A DNA stretch of 62,451 bases, the filler included, from Squatina squatina (Eukaryota), in the NCBI GenBank assembly GCA_031763465.1. It is 3 parts of 2 records of this genome, joined end to end, with 100 filler letters (N's around TTAATTAATTAA, not from the genome) between each part and the next. Parts side by side here need not be neighbours in the genome. Positions count along the whole stretch, not along the records: positions 1 to 18,624 come from JARFOE010000189.1; 2 more parts are not named here. One strand, 5' to 3'. A program made the position numbers and the translations under genes. How positions within the stretch are numbered: position 1 is the first letter of the stretch; each line of letters opens with the position of its first letter. Under the pieces are notes generated by a model that saw only the letters and a program-made list of their open reading frames with translations, made no database searches and was not told the DNA's origin. Shown one piece after another: positions 1 to 10,500 of this stretch.

Positions 1-13
1 GATATCCTTCAGG

Positions 14-2145
14 TCACCTCTTCAGATTGCCTATGGAGACAATTTTAAGAGATTGCTTGTCATTTGGCAGATTAGTTCGTATTTCAGCAGTCCTTTCATT
101 AATAACTGAATGTATTTGAACAGGTTTTTTTCCAATTAGGTTGTAAACCAGGTCTTTGCTCAAACTTTCTCCCCTGTACCCTTCCCCTACTTGGGGTTGC
201 CATGCTTTCTTGGTCAATTTCTTTTCCTATTTGTCTCTCTTATTCTCTGATCGATCTTATGTACCTCATCTGGCATTTCTTGTTTTAAATCTAACTGTTG
301 CTGTCGAGTCAAGGAGTCAGAGAGTGTAGAGGCAATGAACAAGCCATGGGCAAGGGGTGTCTGCATCTCAACCCCATACATGAGATAACATGGGGTTCTG
401 GGGGACACTGTCCCTGGTGCAGATGTGGGCCCATTATTAAGTGATGGCTGCACTTCCGTTAGTAAGGTGGTCCACTTATTCTCCTGATTCTCAACAGTTT
501 GAACCGATAGCTTTTTCACTTCCTTATTTTTACATTCCACCAGTCCCGCTGATGGCGGATGACGTGGCGTGCATTGCTCTGACCCAATTTTCCTTTGTTC
601 ACAACAGTCTTTGAAGATCTTAGAAACAAAGGCTCCACCCTGATCGGAGTGTAGAATTTCAGCTACAGTAATAATGTCAGTATTAGCATCGACGAGCGCG
701 TTTTCCGAAAAAGTTTTTGTGGGGAGCAACCAGCAAAAGGAAGTGTGTCCATCGACACAGACGAGAACATGTCTGTATCCCTAAGATGGGGGAAGTGGTC
801 CAATGAGATCAAGGAAGAATTTTGTCATTGGTCAATAGGCTTCACCGAGGCTAATGGTGGTGGTTTAATAAGTGATGACTTATTGGTTAAATTGCATGGC
901 TCACAATTAGCCACGTATGTTTTACAGGCTTTAAGCATGCCTGGCCACCAATACAATGGAGTTAATTTACAGAATGTGGTTCTGGTGCCACAATGTGCTT
1001 GACCTATGCCCTCGTGAGCTTCTTTTACAAGCTGTTCTCGTTTGTGATACTTCTCGGTTTCCCTTGGGCAGCTCAACAAGTACAATACCAGTAGGGGTTT
1101 CTGAGTAAAAGTAATTTGATGGATATCCTGGTGGATTTTCTTTTGTTGGGTCTAATAGCTGAATCAGTTCCTCATCCTGATTAGCTGCCCTTTCTGCTCC
1201 AGTGATAACACTAATTCTGGCAAACCCCTCCTTAGGGGGTGTTATGCAGACCGATCCTTTTGCTTGTTCATCTGTAAGACTGTTGCCCTTCGAGTGCACT
1301 GTCCCAGTAGTATGCCCGTTTACATGTAGTGCCTGACAATTTTGTTTCTCCGTCCTCAAAAGGAGAATTTCTTCCCACAACGACTTGTGTTTTATAGATT
1401 TATTCTTATGATTGGTAAAGTTTGTTCAGTCCCAGAACACTCGGTCTTGGTTATATCCTCTTTTACAATAGTCGCTATCAGTGCAGATTAATGTGGGTTT
1501 AATTCGGTCTGCCTGTTCTAAAGCATACCGTAGTGCTGCTGCTTCAGCATATTGTGCTCTCTTCTGGCTAAGGGGTCTGGGCAGTAATTCTTCTGGATAA
1601 AAAGATTAGGAGTCTCGAAAGGTCCCTACTGCTACCCCCATCCCAGCTGAGGACTGCAGGGATGTCCCGGTTTTAATCATCATTGACGAGCCATCACAGG
1701 AAATGACTTGATTGCATTCTGTGAGTGGCTACACAGACGCTTGTTTGACTCCTTCCTTCATATCATCAAGCTCCATGATGGGGAGATGCTCTCAGTCCAT
1801 TTCTGAGGATAGAAATTTTAAAATGAGTGTAGGATCATTCAGGAACAATGCCCATTTATCATGTCGGATCTGGGTGGCTCTTTCTTCATCAGAGGCCATC
1901 CTCAGTACTGATCTCAAGTCAGGAATTTCAGTATAGATGGTAATGGGGTGTTCCCCTTGAAGGGTTCTTGCGTGATGAGGCATCGGACTACCATAGTCAT
2001 GACCCTTTCTTTTTTTGCGTGTCTTCTTTCAACATTGGAGAAGTTGTACAAATGGAACTGAACCGGTACAATGCTCTTTTCATTGTAAAAGACGGCAACT
2101 GCCACTTTAGGTGATGTTCTGAGGTGAACATTGAGGGGGACTTGT
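14..2145 (-). mobile_element. pol: Endogenous foamy-virus-like pol fragment, copy C (connection, RNase H, complete integrase to the pol stop)
   Basis: HHCC (AHEGIGQAHCG...YWWPGM...CEPC), core [60 protein letters not shown] (D,D,E retained), SLTRQQQLDL, and C-terminal domain WQPQVG...KIVSIGNLKR*. All match remembered foamy integrase (FFIDYIGPLPPSQGY, IHSDQGAAF, TPYHPQSSGKVERKN, TVSIDNLK). Confidence 0.93.
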
Positions 2146-2500
2146 TATAACCAACACCCTATTTCGTCAGAGAGACAAATACAAGACCTCATGGCAACAC
2201 CCTCGCCCCAGGCATTGGTACCTACTAGACTATGTCATCGTTCGAGCGAGGGACCGCAAGGATGTGTGCATCACCCGCACCATTACAGGAGCCAACGACT
2301 ACTGGACTGGCCACCGCCTAATCCACTATTATTTCCATTAACTTCATCCAAAAATGGCAGCGGCAACAGAAACGCTGCTGCAAGAAAATCAATGTCGAAG
2401 TACTCAAAGATCCCGTGAAGAAAGCCCTGCTCAGCCAACACCACACAACCAATCTGGCGATGCTCACTGAATCGAAGCCACAGAATGTCCACAATGCCTG
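2138..2500 (+). mobile_element. RTE-clade LINE fragment (APE endonuclease C-terminal part)
   Basis: Frame from 2138: GLVITNTLFRQRDKYKTSWQHPRPRHWYLLDYVIVRARDRKDVCITRTITGANDYWTGHRLI, typical of the RTE endonuclease (SWxHPR..HWHLIDY...TDHRL). Confidence 0.8.
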
Positions 2501-2600
2501 NNNNNNNNNNNNNNNNNNNNNNNNNNNNNNNNNNNNNNNNNNNNNNNNNNNNNNNNNNNNNNNNNNNNNNNNNNNNNNNNNNNNNNNNNNNNNNNNNNNN

Positions 2601-2690
2601 ACCCCTCTGTCTCTCTGCACTTGTTCCCATCCCCCTGCCACATTAGTTTAAATCCTCCCCGACAGCACTAGCAAACATTCCGCCAAGGAC
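2601..2690 (-). mobile_element. CR1 LINE fragment (end of ORF1 esterase-like region)
   Basis: Reverse strand reads ...FASAVGEDLN*MWQGDGN, like the CR1 ORF1 terminus. Confidence 0.55.
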
Positions 2691-3934
2691 AATTTTGCCA
2701 TTGATTCAGTAGACTTCACCAGAGCTAATGGTGGTGCATTAATAAGTGATGACTTATTTGTTAAATTGCACGACTCACAATTAGTCACGTATGTTTTACA
2801 TGCTTTAAGCATGCCTGGCCACCAATACACTGGAGTTAATTTGCAGAATGTGGTTCTGGTACCACAATGTGCTTGACCTATGTCCTCGTGAGCTTCTTTT
2901 ACAAGTTGGTCTCGTTTGTGACTCGGGAGTACATCTCGGTTTCCCTTGGGCAACTTAACTAGTACGATACCAGTAGGGGTTTCCGAGTATAGTACTTTGC
3001 TGGATATCCTGGTGGATTTTCTTTTGTAGGGTCTAATGGGTGAATCAGTTCCTCATTCTGACCAGCTGCCCTTTCTGCCCTAGTGATAACACTAATTTTG
3101 ACTGACCCCTCTTTAAGGGGTGGCATGTAGAATGAAAGTTTTGCTTGTTCGCCTGCAAGACTGTTGCCCTTTGAACGTACTGTTCCCGTGGTATGCCCGT
3201 TTACATGAATGACCTGACAATTTTGGTTCTCCGACCTCAAACAGAGAAGTTCTTTCCACAGCAACTTATGTTTTATAGATTTACCCTTCTGATTGGTAAA
3301 GTTTGTTTGTTCACAGAACACTAGGTCTTGGTTATATTCTCTTTTACAATAGTCGCTATCTATACAGATTAATGTGGGTTTAATAGGGTATGCTTTTTCT
3401 AAAGCATACTGTAGAGCTGCTGCTTCAACATATTGTGCTGTCTTATGGCCAAGAGATATGGACAGTAATTCTTCTGGTTAAAAAGAATAGGAGTCTTAAA
3501 GTCCCTACTACTGTCCCCATCTCAGCTGAGGACTGCTGGGACGTCCCTTTTTTAATCGTAAATGACTTAATGGTATTCTGTGAGTGGTCTCATAGGCGCT
3601 TGTTTGATTCCTTCCTCTTTATCATCATCCTCCATGATGGGGAGATGCTCTAAGTCCATTTCCAAGGATAGGAATTTAAAAATGAGTGTAGGATCATCCA
3701 GAAACTATGCCCATTTATCATATTGGATCTGGGGAGCTCTTTTTTCATCAGAGGCCATCCTCAGTACTGATCTCAAATCAGGAATTTCAGCACAGATGGT
3801 AATGGGGTGTTCCCCTTGAAGGGTTCTTGCCTTGATGAGGCATTGAACTACCATAGTCATGACCCTTTTTTTGTGTGCCTCCTTTCAACATTAGAGAAGT
3901 TATAAGAATGGAACTGAATGGGTGCAGTGTTCTT
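2691..3934 (-). mobile_element. pol: Endogenous foamy-virus-like pol fragment, copy B (connection, RNase H, integrase N-terminal HHCC domain)
   Basis: Nucleotide-level paralog of copies A and C. Peptides FTNQKGKSIKHKLLWK, HVNGH, and integrase zinc finger AHEDIGQAHCG...YWWPGM...CESC. Several stops and frameshifts. Confidence 0.9.
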
Positions 3935-4837
3935 TGGGATTGTCACAAAAAAGGGAGCTGCTGGTGATATTGTGCTCTGGAACCATTCAATGCGACACTC
4001 AGGAATTCTCCTGATTTCCCATGTGGTCAGTTCAGACCTGATGTGGCCTTAAAAGAAAATAGTAATGTTCTAGGAATTGGAGGTATGCTGGACTTCAGAA
4101 GAGAAAACCACGGGATGTGGGGGTCTTTTCAAAGCAGGGCAGTGTTCAGAATGTACAATCAGCAAGATCCCAAATATCGGAGTTGTGCAAGAATGTTTGA
4201 AGATTTAAAAACTAAACAACAAATAACCCCATTAAAATTCCAATTTGTGAATATGAACTTGGGTCTTTCCTAACTGGTTGTCCTCTTCAGCTGCATTCCA
4301 CTTTACGACCTTTTTGAAGCAGATGATGTTCAACCTGTTAGTTCAAATGCCACTCTGGATCAGGCTTCCTGGCTTCATGCTGAGGATGTGATTACTGGTT
4401 TTGCCGGTGACAAGCACATAGTTTAATAGCTCTCAGGAGCAGTCTACCTGAGAAGGTTCATTAATCAAGACAAGCCATTGAAGGCAATCGTCAGTTCTGC
4501 TTTCCACAGGATACTTTGACAAAGTGNNNNNNNNNNTTCTAAAGATATTGAATTTACTGGTAAATCAGGCAGGGAGGAGCTTATGCCCACAAGGGAACCT
4601 GCCTGATATTCCATTCGTTAACTTCAGTGTAAGGAAATTTGGGCAGACTCCTTATCATGCGATATCCCAGGCATTCCAATATACCCTAGTACAGAAACAG
4701 AAAAATCTGCCACATGGTCTTTCAGAATGAAGTGGATAGGATGTTCCATTTATTACTGTAATTGCTCTAGCATTTTAAAGTATTTCCTAGTTATTTTGAA
4801 GTTGTTAAAGCTCTTATTGTTTTATGGTCAGATGTGA
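3935..4837 (+). pseudogene. Decayed ORF of unknown family, abutting foamy pol copy B in the opposite orientation
   Basis: One frame of about 300 codons (crossing a 10-N gap) with 7 internal stops, versus about 19 expected at about 60% AT. All stops are one C>T away from Gln or Arg codons. Shares motifs with 39258-39692. Confidence 0.55.
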
Positions 4838-5149
4838 TTGCCTTATTGTAAGCTCCTATTAATAGGTCAAGTTGTCAAGTATTATCAAGATCTAAAAGCA
4901 TAAAAGTCACTACATTATATCCCAGAATTTAGGACTTTATTTTACTAGATTAAAATTAGCAGTTCAAATTATTCTTTTGTAGTGTAATAACCTAATAATT
5001 ACATCAAGATTTATAATGATTGGTGCATATGCCTTACTATTTTCCTGTCNNNNNNNNNNNNNNNNNNNNNNNNNNNNNNNNNNNNNNNNNNNNNNNNNNN
5101 NNNNNNNNNNNNNNNNNNNNNNNNNNNNNNNNNNNNNNNNNNNNNNNNN

Positions 5150-6721
5150 AGAATTATGTTTTATGGGTTTACCCTTATGATTGGTAAAGTTTGTTTGTTC
5201 CCAGAACACTAGAGTCTGGTTCTTTCCACTTTTACAATAGTCACTGTCTGTACAGATTAATGTGGGTTTAATAGAGTCTGCCTGTTTTAAAGCATACCGT
5301 AGTGCTGCTGCATCAGCATGTCGCGCTGTCTTATGGCCAAGGGGTATGGACAGTAATTCTTCTGGATAAAAAGAATAGGAGTCTCGAAAAGTCCCTCCTA
5401 CTATCCCATCCCAGCTGAGGATTGCTGGGATGTCCCTTTTTTAGTCGTCATTGACGACCCATCATAGTAAATGACTTGATGGTATTCTGTAAGTGGTCTG
5501 ATAGGCATTTGTTTGATCCCTTCCTCCGTATCATCATCCTTCATGATAGGGAGATGCTCTAAGTCCATTTCCGAGGATAGGAATTTAAAAATGAGTGTAG
5601 GATCATTCAGGAACGATGCCCATTTATCATATCGGATCTGGGTGGCTCTTTTTTCATCAGAGGCCATCCTCAGTACTGATCTCAAGTCAGAAATTTCAGT
5701 ATAGATGGTAATGGGGTGGTGTGCCTCTTGAAGGGTTCTTGCCTTGATGAGGCATTGGACTACCATAGTCATGACCCTTTCTTTTTTTGTGTGCCCCCTT
5801 TCAACATTGGAAAAGTTATAAGAATGGAACTGAACAGGTACAATGCTCTTTTCATTGCAAAAGAAGGCAACTGCCACTTTAGGTGATGTTCTGAGGTGAA
5901 TATTAAGGGGGACTTGTAAGTCTCTTTTTCTAGGTCTGTGGCCTTTTGTATCTCTCAGCATAATAGTTGCAGTATTGGATAATCATCTGGTGAAAATATA
6001 AATGGTCCTTTCGCTGCTTCGCCCACTCTAGCACATAAGGGAGTTGAGAGCTCGGCAACGGTCGGTGTAAAGGATCTAGCAAAATTCAGGAGTCCCAAAC
6101 TTGCTTGTAGGTTTTTCCAGAGTTTTAGGATATTAGATGTGGCTAATTTCTTTTTATAAGATTGAGTTAATCCTCTACCATTTCCAGTTATTCGTAGACC
6201 CAGAAAAATGGACCTCCTCCCTAACTAGTTAGACTTTTTTTGATGTTGATTAGGTGCCCAGCTGTGGTAAGTCTGGATAAAACACCATCAATGGCTTTGA
6301 AGTGATCTTGGAGATCGTTGTGTGAAAGATATATATCAATCACATAAGAGTTAATGTTGGGTATGTCTTTTAAAAGATCAATGCTCTGAGTGGAAAAGAG
6401 AATGGGGCTGTTTTGAAATCCCTGGGGCAATCTGGTCCAACAGTATTGACACCCATCAGGTCCAGTCATTGATGTTTTTGCCCAGTCAGACTCATCGATA
6501 GGATGTGACCAAAAGCCATTTGCTCGGTCAATACACGATTTATATCTCTCCCTCTTTATTCCAGAGAAAAGGGCTGTGGAATTCTGCTGTTGTGCAGTAT
6601 GCGGGGCCGTAACCTTATTTAAGGCTACGTAATCGATCACTAACCTCTACCGTCCATCTGGTTTGGCAACACCAAACAATGGTGAATTGGTTCTAGATCC
6701 TGTTTTAACAAGGGCACCCTG
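5150..6721 (-). mobile_element. pol: Endogenous foamy-virus-like pol fragment, copy A (RT, connection, RNase H), inactivated
   Basis: Translates to QGALVKTGSRTNSPLFGVAKPDGR*RLVIDYVALNK...NGFWSHPI...[18 protein letters not shown]...DLLKDIPNINSYVIDIYLSH...FLGLRITGNGRGLT...[10 protein letters not shown], then connection (WASFLNDP), RNase H YYDGS...SAGMG, SIPLGHKTA, ICTDSDY, FTNHKGKPIKH. This is colinear with remembered prototype foamy virus Pol ([55 protein letters not shown]). Stop at 6649-6647, frameshifts, and YVDD reads YVID (6335-6346). Confidence 0.93.
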
Positions 6722-7136
6722 GAGCCAAAATTGGCCTCCTTTAATGTCCCATTAGTACCTGCCCAGTTAAATTTCGTGGTGGGTCAGCAGGTGACGTCAT
6801 CAAGACGTGCGACGACCTGCCCCGCACAGTAACAACGTCCTTGGTGCTCCGTTTGCGTCCCGCGGGCAAAATTCACCCGCAGGAGGCAGCTGCAGCGCGG
6901 GGCAATTGCAGCAACAGGAGAACCTGTCACTGTGACGGGCCCCTTAAAGGGAAGGGCTTCTGCGCCTCTGGCCGCCATTTTTATTTATTGCCTGACTTCA
7001 TAGTCGACCGATAAATGGCGGCCCCTCGGCCGGATCGGGCCACCATTGCCTCGTCTGGCACGCCAACTGGCATGCCAGGCTGGTGGCTTGGTCAGCGGCG
7101 GCCCTGGTGGCCCAGGGTAGCATGTTCAGCATGGCC
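6722..7136. mobile_element. GC/CpG-rich non-autonomous DNA-transposon-like repeat truncating the pol 5' end
   Basis: Abrupt switch from AT-rich RT coding sequence to CpG-rich non-coding sequence starting GGAGCCAAAATTGG, similar to termini of other GC-rich inserts in the window. Confidence 0.5.
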
Positions 7137-7457
7137 NNNNNNNNNNNNNNNNNNNNNNNNNNNNNNNNNNNNNNNNNNNNNNNNNNNNNNNNNNNNNNNN
7201 NNNNNNNNNNNNNNNNNNNNNNNNNNNNNNNNNNNNTCGGGCTTGAAAGATCGCGACCTGAAATTCTTCCCCTCAATGTTATTACTTTGCCCACAAAAAT
7301 GGGTGTATGGAGGGCCAATTTCTCCTCCCCAGTATCTCTCTCAAACAAGTAAAATATAGCATGTTCAGATGCACAGTAAAGGTCTCTTTTCCGCCTCAGT
7401 CATATACCTCAGGCCATTCTCTGCTGCACCTATGTGACATTTAGCTTATTTTCTGCC

Positions 7458-7511
7458 CTTTGGGATGTCCGGTGGTCGTGAAAGGCGCTATATAAATGCA
7501 AGTCTTTCTTT
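7458..7511 (+). mobile_element. DeuSINE/L2-type 3' tail
   Basis: ctttgggatgtcc...gtgaaaggcgctatataaatgcaagtctttct matches the tail at about 44625-44678. Confidence 0.65.
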
Positions 7512-10500
7512 CACTAGTCTCCTGTGGGTTTTCTGAATTTGTTTATCAAAGGCTGCATTGTGCTGTGGGTCTGTGCCTGCCAGGAACTGTATTGAGACAG
7601 GCGAAACACCTGGGAGCTTTTCATCCCAGCAGTTCTGTTGGATTTGAAAGCTTTGTGCTGAACCCACTCCCTCTTTTAATTTCCATCGTAATTGTACAGG
7701 CCAGAGAGCTCAAATCTTCAAACTCTTACAGGAATTGGTTGGAACTTCTTACTTAAAAAAATTGTTGACAGGTGTTCTCTCTGCATATCTATAACAATGT
7801 AACTTTATGTACCAAAACTCAGCTATGTCTTCATTCATCCAATCTTCATATTTTCTTCCATTTAATTTAGCAACATCCTCCAGTTACCCGAGTGCTCATT
7901 TGCTCAAGCAGATTTATTGTCTCCAGAGAGGTTTGGGTAAACGAAAGTGTGGTCAACCTGCAATTTGTGACATCAGAAGTATTGCTCAATTTGATGCAAG
8001 GGATCTAAATAATGGTAAGTGATCCTTCAGCTTATGTACAAGGAGCATTATTACCATTAGCAGTAATGTTGAACAGACAGACGTACAACTAAGTATTCCA
8101 GGCCTGTGACTGTGTAAACTAATGATGTAAATTCACATATTTCAAAATTTACAATTTCAAAATAATTATTANNNNNNNNNNNNNNNNNNNNNNNNNNNNN
8201 NNNNNNNNNNNNNNNNNNNNNNNNNNNNNNNNNNNNNNNNNNNNNNNNNNNNNNNNNNNNNNNNNNNNNNNTAGGTTCTTTCTGTATTGTATGTCCTACA
8301 GTAAACCAAATGCTGCAAAAAAAAGTGAGTATTTTAAAAGATTGCTGTGAAGGATCTGAAAGTAATTGAATTTAATTTTGTTTTGCTGCTAAAAAAAAGA
8401 TTATGCAGGAACCAATGCAGGTAAATTTCTAAACTCATCACTCATTTATTATTCTCTGGTGCAAGTGCTGCCACTATCTAAACTGCCATTCACTGATGTT
8501 CATTGTCAGAAAATGTTCAGCCTTAAGCTTTGGAATTGTTCCAAGACAAAGGGGAAATATTGCTTTCTTCTACTCTGCAGCAATTCTTCTTAACTTTAGT
8601 GGAATTTAGTTCCACGTCCACAAAGTAGGAAACCTCAATTTATTCAAGTGCTGAACTTGGTGATCCTGTTGCTTAACAGTTCATGTTGCTTCAGAAGTAA
8701 AAGGTTTGATGTTGTGTTCAGGAAATTGTAGAATTTGAGAAATAAGGTGGAAGAACTGAGTATACCTCAGTGCTAAAAGCACACCTTTTCTACCTGAGCT
8801 ACATGTAGAAGTGTAATCTGTTAAGCCTTATATAATGATGCTTATGCTTTTAGAGGGCTCATCAGCTTAGGCATTTGTCTCTCAAGGCCTCCAGCTGCCT
8901 TCCATGCTTCACAGTCAAACAAGGAATCTCAAGGCCACATTGCTGACCGTGATAGATAGGAACATAAGGTGGGGTGGGCAATTCTCCTGACTGTTGCCCC
9001 AACACCTATTTCCCAGGTGCAAAGCTAAGGATAAAGTTCGCTTTATGTTGCCTGGGAGGGTGAGACAACATAGGCATTCTCAGTCTCCTGCCTCACTTTC
9101 TTTCTTGTTGGGCCATTGGACACTGAAGTGGAGGAGTCTTAGAACAAGGCGAGGTGATGGGTCCTGTCGGCGGGGGTCCCGGCGGGAGGGGATCAGGCAG
9201 CTCAGAGAGTGAAACAGCAGGTTGTCGGAGAGCAGCAACCATAAGGCCCCAATGCCAGTGGCCAGGAACACAGCTGGAGGCCTGAGGCAGNNNNNNNNNN
9301 NNNNNNNNNNNNNNNNNNNNNNNNNNNNNNNNNNNNNNNNNNNNNNNNNNNNNNNNNNNNNNNNNNNNNNNNNNNNNNNNNNNNNNNNNNGTGCATTATT
9401 ATTCGAAGATTTTACATTTCAAATAATTTGTAGTTCTGTATATTTTTGAATTCTGCAAATGTTTTAAAGAGATGTTCATGTTTGAAAACGGAGTAGATTT
9501 TTTTGAGTATCCAAATGGTTAAGTATTCTTACTGTTGAGAGTAAAAGGCGTCTGTTGCCTCTGGAGACAGTGCGGCCACATACTAGTCAACCTTCTACCT
9601 CTAACAGGCTTTGACTCTTCTCCAGATATATTTAAAAGACATTTTAATGACTTGAAGTGCCAGTGTTCTAAAAGCACTTATAAGTCTGGGTGTGGAATTA
9701 CCTCCTTCTTAATTTTACTTCCTTTGCAATTGTTTATGATTGTTGCTGATTCTGAGTTAAGTAGTTGTTTCAGTCATTCACTAATTTTTGGCCTGTGATT
9801 TTTCAGATGTTTGGTCTCTGAGGCCGCACTCAGGTGTAATGCCTTTCAGAGGCCTGATGAGATAGCAGTGTGCTCGATGCAAGACTTAATAATGCAGACA
9901 GATTCAACTAGCTGGGTACCATGGTTATTTGTAAAACCTGACTCAGTACAAAAGCTTCACAGTGCCAAAATATTCTGTGAAAAAAACAGCTTATTCAGCT
10001 GTATTTCTGCTGGCACATAAAAAGTATATAACTCGTGTGATGTTGAACAATGGTCATGTCAGCTGTAAATCTAGTCATAATGTACCTTGATGAATTGGGC
10101 ATTAACAGTTCTATATGCTGTGAAATGTACCAAGGACTATGAATACTTTTTCAGCGATGTAAAGTAAAATAATTTTACACTTGATTTAAATTCCTGATAA
10201 ACAGCATAGAGAATAGTGGCTATATTTTAAGCTATACTTTGTAAGTAGTATCATGTATGAGTAATTTGAGCACACAGACTTATTGACTACTATAAAAATT
10301 TAGTGNNNNNNNNNNNNNNNNNNNNNNNNNNNNNNNNNNNNNNNNNNNNNNNNNNNNNNNNNNNNNNNNNNNNNNNNNNNNNNNNNNNNNNNNNNNNNNN
10401 NNNNNTACCATGAGTTACATGTCCTAGAAAGTTCATAAGAACTAAAAAGATGTACAACAGTGAAGAAATATTATGGGGAGCCCCAATGGCATAAGCATTC

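Noticed and set aside
4640-4700. SCDIPGIPIYPS as a match to foamy Env TM (DCQIPPYVPS)
   Set aside because: Flanking sequence does not align with Env as I recall it; too short to support.
6335-6346. YVID as a novel active RT motif
   Set aside because: The same copy has stops and frameshifts; simple decay of YVDD.
6647-6649. TGG>TAG stop as evidence of APOBEC-type hypermutation
   Set aside because: Single instance; most Trp codons are intact and other lesions are indels or C>T.
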